This document shows, one piece after another, positions 36,660 through 47,232 of a DNA stretch of 64,000 nucleotides. Within the stretch, counting starts at the first letter, position 1. Every line of letters begins with the position of its first letter. Under the pieces are notes generated by a model. It saw nothing but the letters and a program-made list of their open reading frames with translations, had not been told where the DNA came from and made no database searches. This DNA is from an uncultured virus (IMG/VR IMGVR_UViG_3300018878_000142) (taxonomy: Duplodnaviria > Heunggongvirae > Uroviricota > Caudoviricetes), in IMG/VR virus record IMGVR_UViG_3300018878_000142, one strand, 5' to 3'. Made by a program: the position numbers and the translations under genes.

Positions 36660-37106
36660 ATGAGACATGTTTTAAGAAGTATAAAACCATATTGGGTGTA
36701 TCTTATTTTGAAGGGTAAAAAGACTGTTGAGGTTGGTAAAAATATACCTAAAGCAGAAGATTGGTCTAAATATATTTATATTTATTGCAGTAAAGATTTG
36801 AGATCTTTCAATCGCATTCCTAAAGAAGATCGAGAATGGTTTAAGAAATATTTAGGAACAGTTGTTGGTAGATTCTTTTGCCCTGAAATTGGAAGAGCTT
36901 ACTGGACAGATATCGATGGCGAAGATGGATATCTGCTACCATGCTTAGGTGATGAGTGCCTCACTTATGATGAGCTACTCGACTATGGCCAATATGCAGA
37001 TTTGTTTTTATATAAGATATCGAATTTGGAAATGTTCGAATATTCTAAAAATTTGAAATTTTTTGGATTAGAAAAAGCACCACAAAGCTGGTGCTACATA
37101 AAATAA
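36660..37106 (+). CDS. ASCH domain protein
   Basis: LRSIKPYWVYLILKGKKTVEV...YIYCS...APQSWCY. Confidence 0.75.
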   Translation: MRHVLRSIKPYWVYLILKGKKTVEVGKNIPKAEDWSKYIYIYCSKDLRSFNRIPKEDREWFKKYLGTVVGRFFCPEIGRAYWTDIDGEDGYLLPCLGDECLTYDELLDYGQYADLFLYKISNLEMFEYSKNLKFFGLEKAPQSWCYIK

Positions 37107-37123
37107 TATTGAGGAGAAAATTT

Positions 37124-37552
37124 ATGTTAAAAGATCTTATTTTAGAAAAATGGAAGGAAGCATTTAAAGCAAAAGATGAAAATTTGAAATCAGCCTACTC
37201 GATGGTTAAAGCAAAAATTCTAGTAGAAGAAAAATCAGGTAAATATACGCTTCCTCTCACTGATGATGTTGTAGTTGCTATCATCACAAAAGAAGTAAAA
37301 GAATTAAAAGAAACTCAAACATTCTACAAACCAGAAGATCAAATGTACGCTGATATCAATGTAAAGATTGCGGCTTTATCAGAATATCTTCCTAAACAAA
37401 TGACTGCAGAAGAAGTTAAAGAAGTCATTGCTAGACTTCTTACTCAAGAAACAAATAAAGGTAAACTTATTGGTTTAACTGTTAAAGAAGTTGGTAACAG
37501 ATATGATAAGTCTAAAATTGCTCAGCTAGTTAATGAGGTAGTAAATGGATAA
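37124..37552 (+). CDS. GatB/YqeY domain protein
   Basis: WKEAFKAKD...IITKEVKE...LSEYLPKQMTAEEV...GKLIG. Confidence 0.85.
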   Translation: MLKDLILEKWKEAFKAKDENLKSAYSMVKAKILVEEKSGKYTLPLTDDVVVAIITKEVKELKETQTFYKPEDQMYADINVKIAALSEYLPKQMTAEEVKEVIARLLTQETNKGKLIGLTVKEVGNRYDKSKIAQLVNEVVNG

Positions 37553-38252
37553 TAAGCCTAATGATGATTTACTCATATGCATTCTTTTGCAACTGCTAGT
37601 TTGCTGCATACTTCCATTAGCTATTCCTGTTGCTATTTTGTGCCCATACGAGACGTTTTTAGATTATTTTTTAAGCATATTTATTTTATCAATTGAGGCT
37701 ATTGTTTTCATTTGTTTATCTATTTTCATTTGGAAACACTATAAGGCATGGAGGGGAAAGAGGTGAGAAAGCAGTTCGTAACTAAACAAATCTGTAAAGG
37801 TGATAATTGTGTGCAGGTGAGTGGTGATATCTATATTGGAAATGGTACAAAGATCCAAAACAGTAGAATTGGATCAAGCTCACAAATAACTAGTAGTAGC
37901 ATTATTCTTAATGGAAAAGAAATTCCAGCACCACCTAAAGTGCGAGGTAATAATAGGTATGTAGAGATTATTAACAATCATGTTTGGTTTGGAGGCTACT
38001 ACTGGACTGGAAAAGAGTGGGTGAAAATGTCTAAATTGAGATTTAGACTGATGAGGAAAAATTAAAAATGGAAGAAGATATCCGCTATAAAAGCATTTTA
38101 TCTAAAGAAACTTTAATCTATAATCTCATTTATCATTTAAGAGATTGTAAAGATGAGGAAGATAGTACAGCTAGAATTAGAAGTGTTTTAGAGCATTTCG
38201 AAGATAAAGAAAAATATTGTCAAAAATGTTTAAAGAGACGTAAGAAAAATAG

Positions 38253-38281
38253 TTGATTTAAACTTGATTTTATCATATAAT
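38253..38281 (+). promoter_or_regulatory. sigma70-like promoter
   Basis: TTGATT -17bp- TATAAT. Confidence 0.8.
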
Positions 38282-38318
38282 ATATACATAAAATGAAATA
38301 AAATTTTTCAGGTAGTGT

Positions 38319-38858
38319 ATGTTTAAGTTAACTGAGTCTGTAATTAATTCTGGTATCGAAAATGCTTCTAAAATATTAAGCGAAGTGTATCCAACATTTC
38401 AAGTTCCTAATATTTGGAGCATAAAAGTAACTAACGCAACTAGCTATTGGGCTAATATTGGAAGAGATAAAAAAGTTAGATCTAGATTTGGAATGCACAT
38501 CAGCCGAACTTTTGAGAAAATTCCAGATGAAAATCTTGCTAGACTTAGATTTGAAACATGCATGATACATGAGCTTATACATACTATTCCTGGTTGCAAT
38601 AATCATGGAAACAATTTTAAAAGAGTTGGGCGCATGGTTAAAAGAAAATATCCTCAATATGATATCTGCAGATGTGTAAGCGCAGAAGAGTTTGGTGTTG
38701 ATAAAGCAGAAGCTAAACCTGCTAAATATCTTATTCGATGTGAACACTGCAATCATGAGTATAGATATCAGCGTAAGCCAAAGTATGCTATAAGCGAATA
38801 TAAATGCTCAAAATGTGGTTCGGATAAGTTAAAACTGTTTACAATTAAAATTTTCTAA
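38319..38858 (+). CDS. SprT-like zinc metalloprotease
   Basis: HELIH...NHGNNFK plus C-terminal CxxC...CxxC ribbon. Confidence 0.85.
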   Translation: MFKLTESVINSGIENASKILSEVYPTFQVPNIWSIKVTNATSYWANIGRDKKVRSRFGMHISRTFEKIPDENLARLRFETCMIHELIHTIPGCNNHGNNFKRVGRMVKRKYPQYDICRCVSAEEFGVDKAEAKPAKYLIRCEHCNHEYRYQRKPKYAISEYKCSKCGSDKLKLFTIKIF

Positions 38859-39384
38859 GACTTGATTTGTAAATTAGTATGTAACAGTTAATTCTCACTC
38901 AGAGAGGGTAATATTCGCTGAAGGAAATTATACTAAGAATGTTAAAGTAATATATTTTATTACCTTGAAAATTTAATTCAGGGAGAATAAAGAGAATCAT
39001 ATAAAATAAAAATAACAGGTGAAAATATGGAAAAGAAATTTGTAACTGTAGATCAGATTGAAACAGTTGTATGTCCAATCGATGAGCAAGAATTTACTGT
39101 ATGTGGTTATCGAAAAGATTCTACTTTCGAAGTTTTCTGCTCAGATCAAGTTATGTTAACTAAGCTAAAAAAGTCTTTAGCTACCAGTCCTGATGAAGTT
39201 AAATGCTGGGAAGGAAGCAGAGATTCCGAAGGTAATATGACTGGCTATTTCTTCTCAATGCCGAAGAAATTTATCGCGCTAAAGAAAGCTATTAACACTA
39301 GAAGTAAAAATATGACTCAAGAAGAAAAAGATGCTAGAGCACAACGTATGCGTGATAATTGGGCTAAACGTAAGGCAGTTAAAA

Positions 39385-39885
39385 ATGTGGAAGAATAAAA
39401 AAGACAAACCTATTAAATTAGGTGAAATTAAAAATGAAAAGCTCGAAAAATTTTCGGATTCTATTACATGGGATTTTGACATCACCTTGCTTATATTCAT
39501 TAGAGATGGTTTGAAAAGATTTAAAGAGCTTAATAATGGTATTCCATAAAGAATTTTTCAAAAGCATGATCAAGAATGCCAGGCTATTAAAGAGTGGGAT
39601 GATATAATACAAACTATCATTGATAACATTGATTATTATTTTCGAGATGAGGAATCATTTTTAAGTTCAGATGATAAAAACTTATTAGAAAATTACCATA
39701 AAGAAGATCATGTAATTAGTAGAGAAGAGCATGAAGATGGATCTGTTACAGTCAAATATGCTGAAATGCCTGCTTCTATAAAAGCTATCTATGACTTTAT
39801 GGTGGAAAAATCTAAAGAACAAGAAGAAAAGTTGCAAGAAGCATTTGACTTAATTAAAGAATGGCATGCTGAGTTTTGGTGGTAA
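39385..39885 (+). pseudogene. phage hypothetical protein with one internal TAA (39547-39549)
   Basis: Frame continues ~110 codons past the TAA to ...AFDLIKEWHAEFWW*. Confidence 0.6.
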
Positions 39886-39888
39886 TTC

Positions 39889-40476
39889 ATGAAAATATTT
39901 TTTGATTTTGACAACACTTTAGTAAACACTACAGCTGCTTTTTGCGAATATGCTAAATGGACTTTTGATGATGTATGTATTTCACCATTTGCAGTTCGAC
40001 AATACGATTTTTCAGATCAGATGAAATTTTCTAAAGATCAACTTATCAATGCTTTTTCTTCGGATAGATTATTTGAATATTTGAGACCTTATACTGGTGT
40101 AAGAAATGTTTTAGAGCAATTGCAAAAAACAAATCTTTTTGAAATATATTTAGTTTCAAATTGCTCAGCAGAAAGTGCTACTAAAAAATTGAAGTGGTTG
40201 CATGAATTTCAATTCGATAGATATTTTACTGGTAAGATTATGCTTGATATAAATAAGCCTTATGATAAATCTCTCATTGATATGTCAGGTAGCATATTTG
40301 TAGATGATCATAAATTAAACCATGCAAGCAGTAATGCTAATTATAAATACGCTTTTGTAGAAGCTGATACTGTTAGAAATTGGGCACCTACAGAAGCTGA
40401 TAATGTAAAAATTTTTAAAGGCTGGTACACTCCAATTGCCAAGGAATGGATCAATATAGCCGAAAATAATAAATAA
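39889..40476 (+). CDS. HAD-family 5'(3')-deoxyribonucleotidase-like
   Basis: FFDFDNTL, K..WL, FVDD. Confidence 0.75.
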   Translation: MKIFFDFDNTLVNTTAAFCEYAKWTFDDVCISPFAVRQYDFSDQMKFSKDQLINAFSSDRLFEYLRPYTGVRNVLEQLQKTNLFEIYLVSNCSAESATKKLKWLHEFQFDRYFTGKIMLDINKPYDKSLIDMSGSIFVDDHKLNHASSNANYKYAFVEADTVRNWAPTEADNVKIFKGWYTPIAKEWINIAENNK

Positions 40477-40501
40477 ATTAAAAGGTGGTGATTTTCACAT
40501 T

Positions 40502-40735
40502 ATGGCAAGCAACGTAACTATTAAACAAAAGTATCCTCATGAGTCAGCAGAATCTATGATTCGTAGATTTAAGAAGAAAGTTGAGAAAGCTGGTGTATTG
40601 CAAGACATGCGTAAGCATGAAGAATATGTAGCACCTGCTGAAAAGAAACGTCTCAAATCTAAATTAGCTAGAGCAAGAGTAGCTAAAGAAGAGAGAAAGA
40701 AAGCTGCTAGAGAAGCTGCTTCGAGACAGTATTGA
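40502..40735 (+). CDS. rpsU: ribosomal protein bS21
   Basis: ESAESMIRRFKKKVEKAGVLQDMRKHEEYVAPAEKKR. Confidence 0.9.
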   Translation: MASNVTIKQKYPHESAESMIRRFKKKVEKAGVLQDMRKHEEYVAPAEKKRLKSKLARARVAKEERKKAAREAASRQY

Positions 40736-40751
40736 GAGGTACATAACTGGG

Positions 40752-41297
40752 ATGACTAAGGTAATTAATTTATTTGGTGGCCCAGGTTGCGGAAAAAGTA
40801 CAGGCGCAGCGTTCATTTTTGCTAGATTAAAAATGGCAGGGGTGAACGCTGAGCTAGTTACTGAATTCGCAAAAGATAAGACATGGGAACATAATTCTAA
40901 AGCACTTACATGTCAACCCTATGTTTTTGGAAAACAATCCTATAGAATGGATAGATGTGCAGATGAGGTAGATATTATTGTCACTGATAGCCCATTATTC
41001 TTATCTGCTATGTACAATGATGATAAAGAAATTGAACCAGAGTTTACTTCTACTGTAATTAAGAAATTTAATGAGTTTAATAATTTTAATTATTTCTTGA
41101 GAAGAGTTAAACTATATAACCCTAAGGGTAGAAATCAGACTGAAGAAGAAGCTATAGAGCTAGATAAAAAGATCAAGAAAAATTTAGATAATTTTGGAAT
41201 CAAATATTCTGAAGCTAATGGTGATAAAGATGGTTATGAAACTATCTTAAATGAAATTTTTAAAGTACTTATTCTTGAAAAGTTAAAATCTGAATAA
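40752..41297 (+). CDS. P-loop kinase, NadR/AAA_28-like
   Basis: GGPGCGKST, EFAKD, VTDSPL, GRNQTEEEA. Confidence 0.75.
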   Translation: MTKVINLFGGPGCGKSTGAAFIFARLKMAGVNAELVTEFAKDKTWEHNSKALTCQPYVFGKQSYRMDRCADEVDIIVTDSPLFLSAMYNDDKEIEPEFTSTVIKKFNEFNNFNYFLRRVKLYNPKGRNQTEEEAIELDKKIKKNLDNFGIKYSEANGDKDGYETILNEIFKVLILEKLKSE

Positions 41298-42140
41298 AAA
41301 TATAAGTGGAAATTTATGTACTAAAAATGTGGAATTTCCACTTTTTCCACTTTCCTATGACGCTTCAGATAAAGCGCTTTATATAGAGCGTCCAGATCTT
41401 AATATTACTTGTTTAGATAAGTATATGATAATATACTTAGATAAATAATAATATTAATATATTTAAATATATATATAATAAATAATATATAATAATATAA
41501 TATATATACTTGTTATAGATTAGAGCGCAGTTGGTTTTTGGAAAGTGTACTAAATCGGAAGTGTACAGTAGTCACTTCCTCAGATCCATAATTTTTTTTT
41601 CAGAAGAAATATCTACATTTTAGCTTAAATGAAAGTTAGGTCAGTGAATAGCGCCCCGCGCTTCTCGCCACATAGGAAATATTATGGGACATTATGAACA
41701 ATGGCTAGATGAGTTTTTACATAAAAAGATGCTAGCAAAAATAGAAAGAAAACTTAATCCGAAAAAGCCTAAACCAGAACTTTTCAAGGATATTATTTGC
41801 AAGACAATTCGAGGATATCTATCTGAACATGGTTATAGGTATTTAGAGATAAATGCTCAGTCAGGAAGCATTTATTTTCAAATAAGCATTCCAGAATCAG
41901 ATTGGCAAACACCAGTTATAAGAATCTCTGATCATTACAGCAAGCGCTCAAAAATACATTTAGCTGAGTTTATAATACCTGAAATTTCAAAAAATAGAAA
42001 AAAAGATAATTTACAGAAGTATGTTATCAAGCAGCTAAATGTTGGATTTAAAAAGCTAAAGAAATCTGCTTTACATAAAGCCTGGGAAGCTGTGCGCGAA
42101 GTAAATTAAATTTTTTCAAATATTTTTGATAAATACTTAA

Positions 42141-42148
42141 GCTAAATT
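42141..42148 (+). promoter_or_regulatory. GCTAAATT putative late promoter (also at 12511, 26562, 32020, 32139, 44308, 55495, 61581)
   Basis: Recurrent intergenic octamer upstream of TAG-containing or virion-like units. Confidence 0.6.
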
Positions 42149-42190
42149 TGTGTGTAGTAACAAATTCTTGAAAAGAAAGGAAATTGAAAC

Positions 42191-43192
42191 ATGTATAATA
42201 AAAATTTGTTCGAAGGATTAGATAAATATTTTGACGATAAATCAGCTAAGAAAAATTTAACTGAAGCAGTAGATAATCAAGTTTCTAAAGTTAAAATCGA
42301 AGCAAAGTATGAAGTATATAATCGTTATGGAGATAATCCAACAAAAACTGTTCAAATTAGCGGCGTTAATTTGAAGGATGCTATTGTTAAATTTTTAGAT
42401 CGTCTCAGAATTTTTCAATATATTGGTTGCGATTATGATATGAGTTTAGAGCAAATTATTTCAAATCTTGAAACATCAAATGGCGATGGTTGCGAATATA
42501 TTTTCTATATTAAAGATTTAACTGACGGTAAAATTGTTTTTGAAGGTAGTTTTAATGATGATGACATCGAAGATTGGGATGATCTCGATGAAGCATTAAA
42601 TGCAGAAGATGCTAGAAATATCGAAGCTGCAACTGAAAAAGCTCAAGCTGCTTTAGATGATGCAAATGCTGCATGCGATAAAATTTTGAGAGAAGATGCT
42701 GATGATGATTATCCAGAAGAAGAAAAAATTCTAGACTCAGCAGAATTATCTTATGAGAAAGATGGTAAAAAAGTAAGAGAAAAATTTAATACAGTTATCG
42801 AAGCAAAAGAAAGAAGAGAAGAATTAGGGCTTACAAAAGAAAATTCTGTTATTATAGCAGTGTATGAAAGTGGTGAGCTTGAACTAGTAGAATCAATTTT
42901 GAAAGAAGCAGAATGTACTTTACCTGATTGCGAAGAAAAAGCTAAAAACGAAAGCTTAGCAGATAGATTACGCGCTGCTGTTGCTGGGAAACCATTACCA
43001 AAAGACCCAGTAGTTAAAGATGATGAGCCAGATTTACACAAAACTCTAGGCAAATTATCTGATAGATTAAAGAAAAGAATGCAAGCAGAATCTGTTGAAG
43101 AAAATTCTGAGAAAGATGAAAATTGCGAAGATTGCTTAGAAGAAAATGTATCAATCAGAATGCTAGGTGCTAAAAAGAATAAAAATGTTTAA
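42191..43192 (+). CDS. acidic putative internal head protein
   Basis: Multiple (L/I)xE-(A/S/D) motifs: LTEA, LDEA, LRED, LVES, LKEA. Confidence 0.5.
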   Translation: MYNKNLFEGLDKYFDDKSAKKNLTEAVDNQVSKVKIEAKYEVYNRYGDNPTKTVQISGVNLKDAIVKFLDRLRIFQYIGCDYDMSLEQIISNLETSNGDGCEYIFYIKDLTDGKIVFEGSFNDDDIEDWDDLDEALNAEDARNIEAATEKAQAALDDANAACDKILREDADDDYPEEEKILDSAELSYEKDGKKVREKFNTVIEAKERREELGLTKENSVIIAVYESGELELVESILKEAECTLPDCEEKAKNESLADRLRAAVAGKPLPKDPVVKDDEPDLHKTLGKLSDRLKKRMQAESVEENSEKDENCEDCLEENVSIRMLGAKKNKNV

Positions 43193-43385
43193 TTAGGAAT
43201 TAATCAATTCTATTTTAGATAAATTAGTAGAAGAAAAGAAAATGTCTTTAGGCTTATCGCTTGAAGACATTTCTGATTATCTGTACACACTAGAAGATAA
43301 CTTTGACCACATAAATTCTGAAAAACAAAACGTTATTAAAGAAACGCTTTATTAGTTAGTTGAGTATATAAAAAAGGAAGAATGA
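43185..43385 (+). CDS. hypothetical protein (2 in-frame TAG)
   Basis: Fills the gap between flanking genes with overlapping start and stop when TAG=Q. Confidence 0.6.
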
Positions 43386-44191
43386 AAATGCTTAATGAGG
43401 CTAGTGGATTACATTTTGGTGATTTAGAGATAGCTAAAAAAGCTGATGCACGCGGAATAATGTCAGATAGAGGAACAGGACATTTTGGCACTGGCTTTTA
43501 TTTTGTTAGTGATAGATATAAAAATGCAAATTACCATGATCGTGCTTTATGGGATATAGACTACTCAGCTTACAATTTGTATAAACCTAGATCAAATAGC
43601 GAAGCTTATGACCTACATGATGCGTTGAAAGCTTTAAATAATTGCTTTTATATGTACCATTACAGACATCTGTCTGAGGAATTACTTAATAAGCGAGCAT
43701 ATGAGCTTGAAAGAGAATTAGATGATTTAGAATATGAAAAAGATAATGAAGGAATTCTTGAGTTTATAAATAAATATAACCCCAACGCTATCGAAGAATA
43801 TTATTATTTGCGAGAAGCAATTGATCACAAAAAATGGGGAGTAGTAGAAGAATTCGCTCATGATGAAATAATAAAAGCTGCTGATAAGTTTAAGGATATG
43901 CTAAGAAGAGCAATATTTGATTTGCATTTAATTTTTATCGGTAAAATAGCAGAAGATAAAATTAAAAGTATCATATGGAAGTTAATTAAAGATGAGTCCT
44001 TAGATGAAACTGATGCAGATAGTATTTCAACATTATTTATGAAAGCGTTAGGTTACGAAGGTATTGATGTTACTCATCTTAATCATGATGCTCAAGGGTT
44101 AGCTGGACCAGATAATTTCGCATATGGTTCAGTAATATATGACTTGAAGCCAGGAACATATAAAAAGATAAGAGATAAAAAAGAAAGCTGA
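43382..44191 (+). CDS. putative ADP-ribosyltransferase-fold protein
   Basis: LHFG...HFGTGFYF...LGYEGID...SVIYD resembles phage ART-like domains. Confidence 0.45.
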   Translation: MKMLNEASGLHFGDLEIAKKADARGIMSDRGTGHFGTGFYFVSDRYKNANYHDRALWDIDYSAYNLYKPRSNSEAYDLHDALKALNNCFYMYHYRHLSEELLNKRAYELERELDDLEYEKDNEGILEFINKYNPNAIEEYYYLREAIDHKKWGVVEEFAHDEIIKAADKFKDMLRRAIFDLHLIFIGKIAEDKIKSIIWKLIKDESLDETDADSISTLFMKALGYEGIDVTHLNHDAQGLAGPDNFAYGSVIYDLKPGTYKKIRDKKES

Positions 44192-44251
44192 GTTAAATCT
44201 CAGCTTTTTCCTTATAAAATAGTTGATTATTAATTTGTATTATAGTATAAT
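44183..44251 (+). promoter_or_regulatory. terminator plus sigma70-like promoter
   Basis: AAAGCTGAG...CTCAGCTTTTT; TTGATT (44223) -17bp- TATAAT (44246). Confidence 0.75.
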
Positions 44252-44398
44252 TATAATGTAAAAGAATCTAAAAATTAAATTTATAATCGCTTAAACTAAA
44301 TTACATTGCTAAATTAAATGTGAAAAATAAAATACATAATAGCTCTAACTACACTACGTTAAGGAAGAGCTTAAAAATAAAAAAGGAATTTTATAGTT

Positions 44399-45643
44399 AT
44401 GAAAATGAAATTTAAGCTTACAGAAGAAAAGAATGTTAGCAAGACTAGTTGGATAGCATCTGATTATAAAAAACTTGCAAATCTTGATGAAAGTGCAGTT
44501 GTAGCTAAAGAAGATATTGATAGCGATGTTGTAAACAAAGTTGCAGCTAGAAATTATCTTGAGAAAGAAGAAGTAGTAGAAGCTATTTTAGAAGAGAAGG
44601 AAACGCTTACGGAAGCTCCATCTATAGGTGATTCTGCAGAATAGGAAGTAGCTAAAAAACTTGATGCAGAAGTTGTTGATGATGAAGATGATGTAAAGAA
44701 AGAATTAGATAGAGCTTTAGCTACTGCTAAAAGATTACAAAAACGTGGTAAAAAAGATGGTTACTCAAATATTCTTTTAGTTGGCGAGGCTGGTACTGGT
44801 AAAACATCACGTTGTAAACAGTGGGCTCAAGAACGTGGTGTAAATCTATATGTAAGAAAAGCGATGGACCTTGATGTAACAGATATGGGTGGTGCTATTA
44901 CTCCAGATAAGGAAGGGAAGAAAGTTAATCGTCTTACTTCTAGCGAATGGGATCCACTCGATAGACCTAACTCAGTTTTATTCTTAGATGAGTTAAATAG
45001 AGCTGCTCCAGATGTTAGAGGTCAATTACTTACTCTAGTTAACAACCACACTGTTTCAGATATTCATAGTGAGTCTGGTGAAAGATTCCTTCCTAACTTC
45101 CTTTTCACTATTGCAGCTATCAATCCATCTGGCGCTGATTATGAAGTTGGTGAGCTCGATGATGCTGAGTATGATAGATTTAAAGAAGTAGATGTTGTAG
45201 CTAATAAACGCAGTCTTCTTAAATATATGATTTCTTCTTTTGATAAAGATATTGCAGCTAGCACTGATGAAGAAGATACTAAAATATTAAAAGGTCAAAA
45301 GCAACTCGCTGTTACTTTATTAAGTCATAAAGATTTCAAATTTGATACTTTAGCAGATAAAGCAAAAGCAAAAGATAATGGTCAACGTAAGAGCTTATCA
45401 CCTAGATCTTTTGAAGCAGCCATAAACAATTGTGATGGTACCAAAAATGATTTATTAGCTGTCTGGGGAAGCAACTGCGGAATGTCTTCTAAAGCTATGG
45501 TAGAAAGAATTCTTAAAGATTATAAAGATATTGATGATAAAGCAAATGACGCACTTAAAGGTGGAACAGAATCAGAGGTATTTAGTACAGCTAAACCTTT
45601 AAGCTCAAGATTAAGAGATAGATTGGCTTCTCAAGGTAATTAA
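44399..45643 (+). CDS. MoxR/AAA_5-like AAA+ ATPase (1 in-frame TAG at 44642)
   Basis: Walker A GEAGTGKT in the gap between the two tracked ORFs, Walker B LFLDELNRA, AAINP, LDDAEYDRF, SPRS. Confidence 0.9.
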
Positions 45644-45670
45644 TAAATACTAGTTGGAGGTATAGCATAT

Positions 45671-47221
45671 ATGATGACAGCAACAGAGCTAGCAGCTAAA
45701 AGACAGTTGCTAGACATTCTCAACAAACAGGGCTATCCAACATATTCTAGATTACTCGATCATTTTCATATAAACCTTACTAATGACCCCGAAGTTATTG
45801 CTTTTATGGAACCTGGTAAAGGTAGAATAGTTTTAAATAGAGGTTTAGACTTAGAGCAAGTTTCTATGATTGTTAGACATGAAATATTGCACGAATATTT
45901 ATCTCATCAATTACGTATGGAAAGACATAAAGGTAAAGATAAATGGGATAAACGTACACCTCAAGAGCATGAAAGAGCTAATATGGCTGCTGACTATGAA
46001 ATCTCAAATAGAGGTTATACTGATGCAGATAAAATAACTGCTAGAAGTATTATGCTTAATGGTCAGCTTTTGCAAGGCTTAGTTACTGATATAGATCATC
46101 CAGATTGGGTAAACCTTTCTATGGAAGAGATGTATGACTTGCTTGAAAAAGAAATGAAAAATGAAAAGCAAGAAGCTGGTAAAAAGATTGTCAGAATCGG
46201 AGATAAAGGTGATCAAGCTACTCAAGATGCAGAAGCTGCTCAAAGAGAAGCAGAAGCTATCATTGATGATGCTGACGAAATAATTATGGACCCATCGGCT
46301 TCGCAAGAAGAAAAGAGCGAAGCAGAGCAAGCTAAAAAAGTAGCTCAAGCGGCAAAAGATCAAGCAAAAAAAGCTGGCGAGCAAGCTCAAGCAGAAACTC
46401 AATCTGCAGATGATCAATCTGATGCAGATAAACCAGCAGAAAATAATAATGATAGCTCTTCTAAAAATAATCAATCAGCTAATCAAGATGGACCTGTTTT
46501 TAGTAAAGATACAGAAGGTAAGTTAGATAAGATAGCTGAAAGAATAGCGAGAATAAATAAAGCTTTATCTGATGTTCAGCTAGGTGATAAAATAAAAGAT
46601 GAGACTGCTAGTCAAATTGAAAGAGAAAAACAAATAAAAATAGCTAGAGAAACAGCTAAGTTTAGAAATGACCCATTAAGACGTTTTGTAGATTCGCTTA
46701 ATCAATTTATAAGAAAAGAAGTTGGTGTTGGTAGAGGTAAATCTTATGGTAGAATAAATAAGACCTATGCTAACACTCCGATTATCAGAGCTGGAATAAC
46801 TAGAAGAGCTGAACAACATATTCCGCTTATAAATGTTTATTTCGATGCATCAGCATCATGGGACGAAGCAAAAATTGCAGTAGGTAAACGTGGTGTAGCT
46901 ACACTTAATCAATATGTTCGTCAAGGTAAACTTAAAATAAAAACATATTATTTTGGTGACCATGTATCTGAAAAGAGATCGGAAGTTTCTGGTGGTGGGA
47001 CTGGAGCTATTAGAGAGATTTTTCAACATATAAAAGATACTAAAGCAGATAATGTTGTTATAATGACTGATGGTGATATGGATAATCAAGGTGGATCTGT
47101 TTCAATTCTAACTGTTCCTGGGGCAGTTTGGTTTTTATTTGTAGATGATGATTGTGATAAATTAAAAGATAATTTACATGGGCAAAAATTAACTAAAGAA
47201 TTTTTCATAAAATCAAAATAA
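45671..47221 (+). CDS. HEXXH metallopeptidase-like plus vWA domain protein (DUF2201-like architecture)
   Basis: RHEILH...NMAADYEIS; acidic linker; DASAS, GGGT, MTDGD. Confidence 0.8.
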   Translation: MMTATELAAKRQLLDILNKQGYPTYSRLLDHFHINLTNDPEVIAFMEPGKGRIVLNRGLDLEQVSMIVRHEILHEYLSHQLRMERHKGKDKWDKRTPQEHERANMAADYEISNRGYTDADKITARSIMLNGQLLQGLVTDIDHPDWVNLSMEEMYDLLEKEMKNEKQEAGKKIVRIGDKGDQATQDAEAAQREAEAIIDDADEIIMDPSASQEEKSEAEQAKKVAQAAKDQAKKAGEQAQAETQSADDQSDADKPAENNNDSSSKNNQSANQDGPVFSKDTEGKLDKIAERIARINKALSDVQLGDKIKDETASQIEREKQIKIARETAKFRNDPLRRFVDSLNQFIRKEVGVGRGKSYGRINKTYANTPIIRAGITRRAEQHIPLINVYFDASASWDEAKIAVGKRGVATLNQYVRQGKLKIKTYYFGDHVSEKRSEVSGGGTGAIREIFQHIKDTKADNVVIMTDGDMDNQGGSVSILTVPGAVWFLFVDDDCDKLKDNLHGQKLTKEFFIKSK

Positions 47222-47232
47222 GGAAGATAACT

